IMG/VR virus record: IMGVR_UViG_3300022741_000065
Location: 1 to 35,194 of that record
Direction: 5' to 3' (one strand)
Length of the DNA stretch: 35,194 bases
Source: a virus
Lineage: Duplodnaviria; Caudoviricetes
Of the stretch, positions 15,056 to 23,950 are shown in pieces (within the stretch, counting starts at the first letter, position 1; the number at the start of each line of letters is the position of its first letter). The notes under the pieces are model-generated. The model was not told the origin of the DNA, ran no database searches, and saw nothing but the letters and a program-made list of their open reading frames with translations. Both the position numbers and the translations under genes were made by a program.

Positions 15056-15405
15056 GGGAGGTGCCCGAAGGGGAGGTCTTTGAAAATCTCGGCCTCCCCG
15101 ACGCCCCGCCGCTTTCCCTGCGCATTCTTTGTACTGCGGTTCATCTGGGGCGAAGGTGCAGGCTTGGGCTTCCTTGGTGTGAGGGCCTTGCGTAATTTCA
15201 CCAGCCGCGCAATTGCCTTGGCCTCGGGAAGTGTTGCAAGCAGCAGCAGCTCAAGAACAGATTCAGGTATCCGCCGGCCTTCTCTCTCGAAGCGGCTCCC
15301 ACCGCTCTGCGTGATCTTGAGTGCTTCCCAAAACTCAGCCTGAGTCAGATTCCGTGCGAGACGGATTTCTTTCGCTCGTGATCCCGTCAGACGTTCAACT
15401 TTCAT
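15052..15405 (-). CDS. XRE-family HTH regulator
   Basis: IRLARNLTQAEFWEALKITQSGGSRFE motif; 117 aa. Confidence 0.8.
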   Translation of the reverse strand: MKVERLTGSRAKEIRLARNLTQAEFWEALKITQSGGSRFEREGRRIPESVLELLLLATLPEAKAIARLVKLRKALTPRKPKPAPSPQMNRSTKNAQGKRRGVGEAEIFKDLPFGHLP

Positions 15406-15473
15406 GATGTATGAGTTCTGAAATATGACGCCGACCGCAATGGTAGCGTGCGGCCGAGCTGACGGGTAGGGCT

Positions 15474-16757
15474 TCAATCCGGCAATTCGCGCACCAGCAC
15501 TTCCAGCTCCATCGTAGTGGTGAGGCCCTGGCCATTGAGGCGGTGGGTGAGGCGGGCGATGATCCATTCCGCGCTGTCGATCTGGGGCTTCCAGCCGCTG
15601 GCCTTCACGGGTAGCTCGGGGATCAACTCCGGGCGCCCCTCGGCCAGGGTGATCTCGAAGCTGGCGACGCCGCGCTGCAGGCGTTGCCACTCGGCGCGGG
15701 CGGCGCGCTCGGCGTTGGCTTTGGTGGCGTAAGTGTGGCGCAGCACCTTGAGCCCGGTGGCGCTGGGCTCGGTGACGGCGGGCGGCTCGGGCAGCTTGTC
15801 GCTGCCGGCCAGCTCTGTGCCGCTCTTGCCGCCTTTCTTCTCCTTCCAGCTGACGCGCACGCCGGTGTGGGCGCGCTTATTGCCCTCGCGCTGGATCTTC
15901 TCCCACTCGTTGCGGGCACGTCGCGCGGCGGCCTTCTGGGTCGTGTAGACGTGGGTGATGACGCGCACGCCGCCGCTGCCGGGGGCCGGAGTGGGGTCTT
16001 CGTTGATGCCTTCGCCGACGAGCACGCTTTCGCGCGTGCCCTTTTTGGTGTCATGCCAGTAGGCGCGCACGCCGGTGTAGCTGTTGCGGTCTGCCACGGA
16101 GAAGGTGTGGCTGTCGCCGCTGGCGCGGGTGATGGTGACCGACTCCAGGGCCTTGCCGCTGGCGGTGATGGCATGGCCGATGGGGGTGAGCAGCAGCTTG
16201 GCGGCCTTGACGGCGGCGAGGCTGTCGAAGTCCCGCGCAAGGCGCGTGAGGAAGCTGATATCGCTCTCGTCGGTCTGGTCGATATGGGGCACGGCCACAT
16301 CGTCCAGGGCCTTGGCGATGACGGCGGCCAAGGCGTTGCGGCTGGCGATGGCGCGGACGATGGCGCCCAGGGTGGTGTCATGCCAGCTCTGCTCACGCTT
16401 GGCGGTGAGAGTGTCGCGTAGATCCGCCGAGGTGGCGCGGATTGTGAGCTGGTCAGGCGGGCCGGTGTGGGTGGTTTCGGCTACGGTGTAGCGGCCTTTG
16501 TCTTCCAGCGGCAGGCCATCCCAGCCCAGAGCGATGCGGATTTCGGCGCCGCGCGGGGGCAGGTCCAGCGAGCCGTCTGTGTCGTCGAGGGTGATATCCA
16601 GCTGATCCGCCTCTCCGCCGCGGTTGTCGGTGAGGGTGAGGTCGATGAGGCGGTTGTCCACCAGGTGGGTGATGTCGCGGCCGGCGACGCTGAGGCGGAA
16701 GGCGGGGCGGCGGGGCAGGGTGATCTGCCCGATGGCGCTGGCGGCGGGCTGGATCAT
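15474..16757 (-). CDS. D: Baseplate hub / late control protein D
   Basis: LTLTDNRGGEADQLDITLDD, KREQSWH, HIDQTDESD motifs; P2 gene order. Confidence 0.93.
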   Translation of the reverse strand: MIQPAASAIGQITLPRRPAFRLSVAGRDITHLVDNRLIDLTLTDNRGGEADQLDITLDDTDGSLDLPPRGAEIRIALGWDGLPLEDKGRYTVAETTHTGPPDQLTIRATSADLRDTLTAKREQSWHDTTLGAIVRAIASRNALAAVIAKALDDVAVPHIDQTDESDISFLTRLARDFDSLAAVKAAKLLLTPIGHAITASGKALESVTITRASGDSHTFSVADRNSYTGVRAYWHDTKKGTRESVLVGEGINEDPTPAPGSGGVRVITHVYTTQKAAARRARNEWEKIQREGNKRAHTGVRVSWKEKKGGKSGTELAGSDKLPEPPAVTEPSATGLKVLRHTYATKANAERAARAEWQRLQRGVASFEITLAEGRPELIPELPVKASGWKPQIDSAEWIIARLTHRLNGQGLTTTMELEVLVRELPD

Positions 16758-17194
16758 AGGTAGCTGCGAATCTTGCGCGAGATGGCGCCCAGAGTGTCGT
16801 TGCGGCTCTCGTCGATGCGCTTGAGTTCGAGCGTGAAGTCGATGCGGCGGGCGGCGCCGTCGGGGAAAAAGATGCTGCGGTTGGTCTGCAGGCTGGTGGC
16901 GACGTAGTTGCCGTAGTAATAGCCGGTGCCCTCGATGAGCGGCCATGCCTTGCCCTGCTCAGCCATCTCTTCCACGAGGGCGAGGGAGATGCGGCCGCCG
17001 GTGATCTCGGGCAGCAGCACGCCGGTGAGGCTGATTGTTTCTTCGTCCCGCCCGACGTACTGGCTTGCCGGAGGGGCGCCGACTCGGGCATTCGAGGGAT
17101 GGCGCCAGGCCATGCGGCGCTGAAACTCTTGGTACGGCAGGGTATCCAGCCCGAAAACGAAGAGCCCGTAGGTCATCATCGCGCTGATGCTCAT
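16754..17194 (-). CDS. U: Tail protein U
   Basis: MMTYGLFVFGLDTLPYQEFQR...WRH...ITGG...ARRIDFTLELKR. Confidence 0.93.
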   Translation of the reverse strand: MSISAMMTYGLFVFGLDTLPYQEFQRRMAWRHPSNARVGAPPASQYVGRDEETISLTGVLLPEITGGRISLALVEEMAEQGKAWPLIEGTGYYYGNYVATSLQTNRSIFFPDGAARRIDFTLELKRIDESRNDTLGAISRKIRSYL

Positions 17195-17373
17195 TGCTGG
17201 GCGAACTCCCAATCTTCCCGGCACTCGGCGTCGCACCAGCGCAGGCCAGCGGGCAGGGGGTGCTCGCAGGCCAGGCACTGGCCGGTGGCGGTGGGGCCGG
17301 CGGGGCGGCGGTACTGCAGGGAGCGGTCGCGGTCTTGCTCTTCGCGCTCGGTGGCGCGGTCGAAGATATCCAT
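17191..17373 (-). CDS. Small C4 Zn-finger protein (TraR/DksA-like)
   Basis: MDIFDRATEREE...CLAC...WCDAECREDWE; 60 aa; fills the T-U gap and overlaps the U start. Confidence 0.75.
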   Translation of the reverse strand: MDIFDRATEREEQDRDRSLQYRRPAGPTATGQCLACEHPLPAGLRWCDAECREDWEFAQQ

Positions 17374-17375
17374 CG

Positions 17376-19937
17376 TCAGTCTCGGTCGGAAAGTCGGGCG
17401 CGGCCGCGGGCGGCTTTCTCGCGGTCGCGGCGGTCCAGTTCGGCGGCGACCGCGCGGGCAATGGCTTCGGTGTCCATGCCCGGCGCCGCGTGGATGTGGA
17501 TCTCGATGTGATCGCCGCCGGCGGCCACCGGCGCGGCAGCACGGGCGGACAGCGGCGGGCGGTTGTCGATGGCGACGCCGGCGCCTGCGGGGCCGATTGC
17601 TGCGAGCCCCAGCGCGGTGGTGGCGGTGAGCTGGCGGGCCAGGGTGTTGATGGCGCCCAGCGGCCCGCCCTGGCCGCGCTCCAGGCCCTGGGCGAGGCCC
17701 GCCATCGTGAAGCCGCCCAGTTCGGCAAACACGCGGGAGGGTGAGTGGATGCCGAGCTTGTCTTTGAACCAGCCGACGACGCTGTCGCCCACGTTGCTGA
17801 TGGCCTCGCGGGTGGCGCCCAGGCGGCTGGTGATGCCGCGAATCATGCCGTCGAGCAGGTTGGCGCCGAAGTCGGTGAACTTGGCCGGCAGCTCGACGCC
17901 GAAGTAGCTCATCACGCCAGCGAAGGAGCGATAGAAGTGCCCCAGCAGGCTCCAGTCGAGGATGAGCCGGGCGACGCCGACCAGCCCGCCGCTGAAAGCG
18001 GTGGTGATCTCGCCCCAGGCGGCGCGCAGCCAGCCGGCCACGGTGTCCCAGTTCTGCCATACCAGGAAAGCGGCGCCGGCCAGGATTGCGATGGCGGCGC
18101 CGATGGGGTTGGCGACGAGTAGGCCCAGCACCAGGCGCAGGCCGCCCAGCAAGGCGGGGATTGCGCCGCGGGCGAGCGCCCACAGCGCAGTGCCGACGCG
18201 CGCGCCCTGGATGCCGAACAGGGCCATGCCATAGCGCAGCACGGCGAAGGGGCCGAGCATGGCGGCGAGTGCAAGCGCCAGCCCACCGAAGCCGGCCACT
18301 ACAAAGGCGGTGATGATGGCGACCTTTGAAAGGGCGGATACCAGGCCGGGGTTGGCGCTTGCCCACTGGCCAATGCCGCCGACGATCTCGGTAAGCCACT
18401 TGACCGTGTCGCGCATCGCCCCTTCGTTGGTCTCGAAAAGGGTGATGCGCAAGTCATCGGTGGCGCTGCTCAGCTCGTCGAGGTCGCCGGTGAGGTTGTC
18501 GGCCATGGTCTTGCCGACCTTGCGCGCCTCGCCATCGGCTGCGCGCAGGGTGGTGACCAGTTCCTGCAGTTTGCCGGAGCCCGCCTGATTGACCAGCACT
18601 TCCAGCCCGGCGAAGGCTTCCTCGCCGGCGATGGCCTTGAAGAAACCCGCTCGATCCGCGGTGCCCAGTTTGGCCGTGCGGCTGTGGATCTCGGTGAGCA
18701 GATCCGCGATTGGACGCATGTTGCCGGCGGCGTCCTTGGTCTTGATGTTCAGCTCATCGAGCGCGTCTCGCGCCATCTTCGGAGGGGCTGCGAGGCGGCC
18801 CATGATGGCGCGCATGGCGGTGCCGGCCATGGAGCCCTGAATACCGGCGTCGCCCAGCTTGCCGGCCATGGCCGCGGCCGTTTCCAGGTCGGTTCCCATG
18901 CTGGCCGCAATCGGGCCGACGTACTTCATCGTTTCGCCCAGCATCTCCATATCCACGTTTGCGCGGGTGAAGGTGCCGACGAGCACGTCGGAAACACGGG
19001 CCATCTTCGCCGGGTCCAGCTTGAACCCGGTGAGGATGTTGGAGGCAATGTCAGCTGCTCGTCCAAGCTCCAGTTTGCCAGCCAGAGCGGTATCAAGGAG
19101 GCCGGGCATTGCCGCCCGAATTGCTTCGGGGGTGAAGCCGGCCATGGCAAGGAAGGCCATACCCTGGGCGGCTTCCGGGGCGCTGAACATCGTTTCTGCG
19201 CCGAGTTGCCGGGCCTGGGCTCGAAGTGCAGCAAGGGCCGGATCATTCTTTTCAAGCCGCGTCAGCGCCTGCACGCGGCTCATTGTGCTGTCGAACTCGA
19301 TGCCGGGCTGAATGGCTTGCATGCCGGCGTACAGGACGCCCCCGCCTGCAGCCAGGGACGACGCGCCTGCGCCGGCGATGCGGTCGCGGCTGGCTATCGT
19401 CTTGTCGTAGGTGCTGCGGGCTGCGTTCAGCTTCTTGAGGTGGGCTCCCTGCGCTTTGAGCGCGGCGGTTTGCCGCTCAAGCTCTGTCGTCGCGGCAGCG
19501 GTGCGCAGGCGCAGTTCGGCCTGATGGTTGGCGAGTCCTTTGAGGGGTACGCCCGCGGCCTGCAGCTCAGTGCGCAGGCGCTGCTGTTGGGCGGTGAGTG
19601 CGGCATGCCGGTCCTTGAGTTGCGCGGCTTCCCGGCGGGCGGCTTCGAAGCTGCGCGTAAGCGCCTTGCTCGGCGCTTCGCTTGCCTGCATCTCCTGAGC
19701 CAATGCCCGCACTTTCGCGCGGGCTTGGTCCAGGGTGTTGCCAGTGACGGCGATGTCGCGGGCGCCCTGGCGGAAAGCGCTGATGCGCTTGCTCTGAGAT
19801 TCCAGGTCGCGCAGGGTGTCGCGGGCGGCTTTGACCGCAGCCGCCGCGCCTTTGCTGCTGCCGGTGATGGCTTTCAGCGGCCCGGAAGCCTTGTCGATGG
19901 CGGCGAGGATGACTTCGAGGCGGAGGCGACGGTCCAT
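17376..19937 (-). CDS. T: Tail tape measure protein (TP901-family core)
   Basis: 853 aa, Ala-rich helical, GIQGSMAGTAMR core, LGIHSPSRVF motif. Confidence 0.95.
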   Translation of the reverse strand: MDRRLRLEVILAAIDKASGPLKAITGSSKGAAAAVKAARDTLRDLESQSKRISAFRQGARDIAVTGNTLDQARAKVRALAQEMQASEAPSKALTRSFEAARREAAQLKDRHAALTAQQQRLRTELQAAGVPLKGLANHQAELRLRTAAATTELERQTAALKAQGAHLKKLNAARSTYDKTIASRDRIAGAGASSLAAGGGVLYAGMQAIQPGIEFDSTMSRVQALTRLEKNDPALAALRAQARQLGAETMFSAPEAAQGMAFLAMAGFTPEAIRAAMPGLLDTALAGKLELGRAADIASNILTGFKLDPAKMARVSDVLVGTFTRANVDMEMLGETMKYVGPIAASMGTDLETAAAMAGKLGDAGIQGSMAGTAMRAIMGRLAAPPKMARDALDELNIKTKDAAGNMRPIADLLTEIHSRTAKLGTADRAGFFKAIAGEEAFAGLEVLVNQAGSGKLQELVTTLRAADGEARKVGKTMADNLTGDLDELSSATDDLRITLFETNEGAMRDTVKWLTEIVGGIGQWASANPGLVSALSKVAIITAFVVAGFGGLALALAAMLGPFAVLRYGMALFGIQGARVGTALWALARGAIPALLGGLRLVLGLLVANPIGAAIAILAGAAFLVWQNWDTVAGWLRAAWGEITTAFSGGLVGVARLILDWSLLGHFYRSFAGVMSYFGVELPAKFTDFGANLLDGMIRGITSRLGATREAISNVGDSVVGWFKDKLGIHSPSRVFAELGGFTMAGLAQGLERGQGGPLGAINTLARQLTATTALGLAAIGPAGAGVAIDNRPPLSARAAAPVAAGGDHIEIHIHAAPGMDTEAIARAVAAELDRRDREKAARGRARLSDRD

Positions 19938-19938
19938 C

Positions 19939-20055
19939 TCAATCCTCGCCGCTGTAGCGGACGCGCGCGCGTTCGCGCCATGCCATCAGCTCAGGCAGGG
20001 GCATGGTGTCCATGACCGTAGGCGGCCAGTGGAAAACGAGCGCGATATCGGCCAT
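19939..20055 (-). CDS. Tail chaperone frameshift extension E'
   Basis: MADIALVFHWPP...ELMAWRERAR, lying in the -1 frame of E. Confidence 0.85.
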   Translation of the reverse strand: MADIALVFHWPPTVMDTMPLPELMAWRERARVRYSGED

Positions 20056-20066
20056 TGCGTCATCGA

Positions 20067-20420
20067 CTATTCGAGGGAGTGTTCCCGCCGCGTCGCCTTG
20101 CTCAGCAAAAAACTGGCGATCTCACTCCCCAGGGCCAAGAGGTCTGCCGGATCGAGAGCCGCGGCTTCGTGCTTGGTCAGCGTGGGGGTGGTGATGCGGG
20201 GCAGCACGGTGATGACCGCGCTTGTGTCGATCCGCAGGAGGTCGGACAGGGCGACGCCGCGCAGCTCGCCGGAGTTGGGTTTGCGCAGCGTGATGGCGGT
20301 GATTTCTTTGTCGCCGCGCTTGATGGGGGTGTCGAGCGGGATGGGCTGCGGGCCGGTGGGCTTCGCCTCGGCGGGGGTATCGAGCGGGGTTTCAGTCGCG
20401 GCGGTTTCGGCGGTGCTCAT
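20067..20420 (-). CDS. E: Tail assembly chaperone E
   Basis: LDTPIKRG...LRKPNSGELRGV.L...VLPRIT.P. Confidence 0.92.
   Translation of the reverse strand: MSTAETAATETPLDTPAEAKPTGPQPIPLDTPIKRGDKEITAITLRKPNSGELRGVALSDLLRIDTSAVITVLPRITTPTLTKHEAAALDPADLLALGSEIASFLLSKATRREHSLE
20106..20112 (-). other. Programmed -1 frameshift site TTTTTTG (E to E+E')
   Basis: T6G near the end of E; the -1 frame is open into E' (FFAEQGDAAGTLPRIVDDAMADIA). Confidence 0.85.
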
Positions 20421-20451
20421 GGGTGGCTCCTTGGGTTGGTGTAGTCCCGAG

Positions 20452-20510
20452 GATGCCGTGCGCGCGCGATGCGCTGGGGTGCGGGGGGTTGTGGCGGGGC
20501 GCGCGACAAC
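20452..20510 (-). promoter_or_regulatory. Ogr-type late promoter upstream of E
   Basis: GTTGT-N13-ACAAC at 20488-20510, with GATGCC starting 36 bp to its left as in the other two copies. Confidence 0.8.
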
Positions 20511-20531
20511 CGCGCCCCGCCGGCGGGGCCG

Positions 20532-22103
20532 TCAGAGGTTCCAGACGGCGTCGCGGATGGCGGCGGCGGCCACGGCCGCGCCCAGGGTGGTGTAGTGGAT
20601 GCCGTCCGCGGCGAAGTAGGTGGTATTGGCGTTGTCGGCGAGCTGGGGGTAGTCGGACAGGGTGACGATGGCGTCGGCCACGCCGGCCTTGTTGGCCTTC
20701 CACCAGCTGCAGAGGTTGGCGCTGTGGGTGGCGTAGGCGGCGTTGGCGTTGGCGACGCCGTCGCCGGCGATGTTGCCGCGGAAGACGATGATCTTCTTCA
20801 CGCCGGCGGGCAGCTTGGCGAGGTATTGCGCGAGCAGGGCGCCGTGCGCGGCCACCGATGTGCCGTTGACGGCGTGCTCGTTGCGATCCTCATACAGCAC
20901 CAGGATGCCGGAGGTGGCGGCCGGGGCGATTTGGCTGTCGAAGTCCGCCAGCATCTGGGTGATGGTCTGCCCGGACACGCCGAAGTTGCTGATGGTGAGG
21001 CCCGCCGCGAGGGCTTCCGGAAGCACCTGGAACTGCGCCGGCCAGCCGCCGCCGGGGCCTGCCGCGGCGGTCAGGGAGTTGCCATCCGCCACCATCTTGG
21101 CGAGGGATTGCCGCAGAGCGTAGGTGGTGCCGCGATACACCAGCGGGCGCACCAGGGTGTAGGGCACGCTGCTGACGTGGGCGGCATAGAGATGGATGTA
21201 GAGGCGGCCGGTGTAGGCGGTGGGGTAGGTGTGGGCCACCGCCCAGCTGGCGCCGGTGTCGGTACTGGTTTCCAGGGTGACGACGCCGGCCAGCCGGCGC
21301 AGGCGCAGGCGGGCGGCGGCGGATTTGGCGAAGGTGCCGATCTGGGCGGGCGTGGCCTTTTCGCTGGCGTAGAGGATGGCGCCGCCGGCGGCGTTGCCGC
21401 AGCGGGCAAGGTAGTTGTGCCCGGTGATGGTCTGGGTGAGGGCCTGGGCCTCGCTGAGCGCGATTACCGAGTCGGTGCCCTCGATGTTGTCGACGCTGAT
21501 CCAGCCATCGCCTTCCAACGATTCGGCCATGACCGCGCGGGCGCCGTAGGTGTTGCCGCTGCCGGCGGCGGAGGCGGTCCAGACGATGCGGCCGGCGTCG
21601 AATGTGATGTTGGTGCTGGTCATGCGCAGGGCATTGACTGCGGCGCGCGCCCGCTCGGGCTCGGTGACGGGCGGGGCGGGTTCCTCGATGGCGGTGGGCA
21701 CCGCCTGCTGCGACCAGGCGTAGCGGCGGGCGATGCCGTCATGCCAGCACTCCAGGCGGTTGGGCACGCCGGTGGTGTTGAGGTAGCCGCGGGAGCTGTC
21801 CCACTCGTCGGCGCCGGTGATGGTGGGCACGTTGATGCCGTCGGCGATCACCATCATCACGCCCTGGGCGCCGAGAAGATCGCCGGTGAGGGGGATGGTG
21901 GTGGGGCCGGTGATCTGCAGCGGCAGGCGGCGGGTGACGACGAGGGCGGATAGATCCAGCCCGGTGCTTGGGGCGACCGGAGCGGGGTCAAGCCGGCCCT
22001 TTGCCGGGCGGGGTGTGTGGCCGGGCGCGACCCAGCCGGCGGCGGGGTCGTACCAGCTGGGGGTGCCGGCGGCCATCGGCACGCGGTCGCGGGAGGTGCT
22101 CAT
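20532..22103 (-). CDS. SGNH/GDSL hydrolase-domain protein with N-terminal beta-rich domains
   Basis: ADGNSLT (block I), NFGVSGQT (block II), DRNE (block III), DGIHY (block V); 523 aa. Confidence 0.82.
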   Translation of the reverse strand: MSTSRDRVPMAAGTPSWYDPAAGWVAPGHTPRPAKGRLDPAPVAPSTGLDLSALVVTRRLPLQITGPTTIPLTGDLLGAQGVMMVIADGINVPTITGADEWDSSRGYLNTTGVPNRLECWHDGIARRYAWSQQAVPTAIEEPAPPVTEPERARAAVNALRMTSTNITFDAGRIVWTASAAGSGNTYGARAVMAESLEGDGWISVDNIEGTDSVIALSEAQALTQTITGHNYLARCGNAAGGAILYASEKATPAQIGTFAKSAAARLRLRRLAGVVTLETSTDTGASWAVAHTYPTAYTGRLYIHLYAAHVSSVPYTLVRPLVYRGTTYALRQSLAKMVADGNSLTAAAGPGGGWPAQFQVLPEALAAGLTISNFGVSGQTITQMLADFDSQIAPAATSGILVLYEDRNEHAVNGTSVAAHGALLAQYLAKLPAGVKKIIVFRGNIAGDGVANANAAYATHSANLCSWWKANKAGVADAIVTLSDYPQLADNANTTYFAADGIHYTTLGAAVAAAAIRDAVWNL

Positions 22104-22105
22104 GC

Positions 22106-22615
22106 TTAGAGCCCGATTGCCGCGCGCTGCTCGGCGAGGCGGTCAACGCCATCCACGATCTCGATCATGTTGAGCACGTCGATTTCGATGAGTACTTCCC
22201 CATCCCAGGTGAGCTTGTAGTAGCTGAGGGAGCTGGTGACGTTGAATTCTGTGTCGTCGCCCGCCTTGCTGCTGCCGGGGTCGATTTCGGTGTGGCGGCC
22301 GCGCATCACGACTTCCACGGCCGCCACTTCTTCGGTGTCGTCGCGCTGGTAGGCGCCCGCGAAGCGCAGCAGCACGCCGTCCACTTTAGCGATGCCGAAC
22401 TGCGCGTAGATCTCGCGCATGATGCCGCCGTACTTGTGTTCAGCGGTCAGCTTCTCCATGCCGAGATCGGAATCCACCGGGGCGTTCATGCCGCCGCCGC
22501 GGAATTCCTCGGTCTTGCGGGTGAGCTTGGGCAGGGTGATTTCGTCGGCGACGCCGGCGAAGCTGACGCCATCCACGAACAGGTTGAAGTTCTTGAGTTT
22601 GCGGGGCAGTGCCAT
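22106..22615 (-). CDS. FII: Major tail tube protein FII
   Basis: MALPRKLKNFNLF...LPKLTRK.EEFRGGGM. Confidence 0.96.
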   Translation of the reverse strand: MALPRKLKNFNLFVDGVSFAGVADEITLPKLTRKTEEFRGGGMNAPVDSDLGMEKLTAEHKYGGIMREIYAQFGIAKVDGVLLRFAGAYQRDDTEEVAAVEVVMRGRHTEIDPGSSKAGDDTEFNVTSSLSYYKLTWDGEVLIEIDVLNMIEIVDGVDRLAEQRAAIGL

Positions 22616-22640
22616 TGCTGTGTCCTCTCAGTTGCGCGGC

Positions 22641-23831
22641 TCAGGCCTTGATGCGGTCGGCGAAGTCGAGCAGGTATTGATCGGTGATGCGCTGCTGGAA
22701 GACGAGGTTTTCGAGCGGGGGCACCGGGGTGTAGTCGTAGTCCAGGTAGAGCTTGCCGCTGTAGAGCGTGGTGGAGCTGTTGAGGTCGGCGTCATACCAG
22801 CACTTGCCGTCGATGATGTAGCCCAGCGCCTTCAGCTCGCGGAACTTGGCATTGACGCCCTCGATGATGTCGCGGACGAGGCTGGGGTGCATCGGCTTGT
22901 CGACCGCCCACATGTGCGCGTCGGCGATGGTGTCCGCCAGCACGTGGGCGGTACGGGTGTAGTTTTCAAAGGCGAAGAGGGGATCGTCGCTGCAGGTACG
23001 GGAGCCCCAGAAGCGGTAGCCGCTTTCCTGGATCAGGCAGGTCACGTCGTTGCTGTTGAGGTAGCCGGCGTCGGTGTTGGGGTTCTGCAGCGCCCAGAAC
23101 ACGTCCTTGGTGATGCCGGTGACGCCGTTGACGGCGACGTTGGATAGGGTCTTGTGCCAGCCGGTTTCCTCGTCGATCTTCGCGCGCAGGCCGACGGCGC
23201 GGGCGGTGGCGTAGGCGGCCACGCTGGTGCTGCTGGTGGTGTCCCAGCTGACGAAGTCCGGCCAGATCAGCATGAGTTCGCGGGCGCCGAAGTTGTCGCG
23301 GTAGGCGACCACGTCTTCCTTGGTTTCGCACTCCCAGGCCGAGCAGTAGGCGAAGGCGCGCAGTTCCTGGGCGATGGTTACCAGCTCGGTGGTGACTTGC
23401 AGGGAGTCCAGGCCCGGCACGGCGAGGATTCGGGGCGTAACGCCCAGCTTGGCTTTGGCGGCGAGCAGGGCCTTCATGCCGGTCATCTGGCCGCTGGGGA
23501 GCGTGGTGCCGATGATCTTGCTGGCCTGGTCGGCGGCCTTGGCGGTGGCGTCTTCGCCCTCGCCGTCGGCCACGCGCACCACGACAATCATGGGGCTGGT
23601 CTGGTCGGCGATGGCATCCAGCGTGGGGGCCAGGGTGCCGAGCACGCCGGCCTTGCCGATGGCGGCGCGGACGGACGTGACGAGCACTGGGGTGTTCAGC
23701 GGGAAGGCGGCGGCGTCGGCGTCGCTGCCGGTGCAGACGATGCCGATGATGGCGGTTGCGATGGTGCGGCTGGCGCGCACGCCCTCGTTGATTTCGATGA
23801 CGCGCACGCCATGGTGGTAATCGGTTGCCAT
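22641..23831 (-). CDS. FI: Tail sheath protein FI
   Basis: MATDYHHGVRVIEINEG...GWHKTLSNV...FWGSRTCS...YDYTPVPPLENL. Confidence 0.96.
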   Translation of the reverse strand: MATDYHHGVRVIEINEGVRASRTIATAIIGIVCTGSDADAAAFPLNTPVLVTSVRAAIGKAGVLGTLAPTLDAIADQTSPMIVVVRVADGEGEDATAKAADQASKIIGTTLPSGQMTGMKALLAAKAKLGVTPRILAVPGLDSLQVTTELVTIAQELRAFAYCSAWECETKEDVVAYRDNFGARELMLIWPDFVSWDTTSSTSVAAYATARAVGLRAKIDEETGWHKTLSNVAVNGVTGITKDVFWALQNPNTDAGYLNSNDVTCLIQESGYRFWGSRTCSDDPLFAFENYTRTAHVLADTIADAHMWAVDKPMHPSLVRDIIEGVNAKFRELKALGYIIDGKCWYDADLNSSTTLYSGKLYLDYDYTPVPPLENLVFQQRITDQYLLDFADRIKA

Positions 23832-23862
23832 TGGGGCATCTCCGGCGGTTTGACGCTCCGAT

Positions 23863-23921
23863 GATGCCCCGCGCGCGCATAAGCACAGCGGCCCGGCGGT
23901 TGTGGCCGGGCCGCTGACAAC
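23863..23921 (-). promoter_or_regulatory. Ogr-type late promoter pF
   Basis: GTTGT-N13-ACAAC at 23899-23921, GATGCC at 23863. Confidence 0.82.
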
Positions 23922-23950
23922 AAGGGCCGAGAGAGGGCTGCGGGCGGCCG

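Noticed and set aside
20106-20112. E/E' split as a pseudogene or sequencing error
   Set aside because: Matches the well-known P2 programmed -1 frameshift at TTTTTTG
18684-21953. Long plus-strand ORFs (18684-20015, 20469-21953; also 6630-7826 and 27080-28654)
   Set aside because: Antisense shadows of well-supported minus-strand genes in high-GC DNA, with no recognisable motifs
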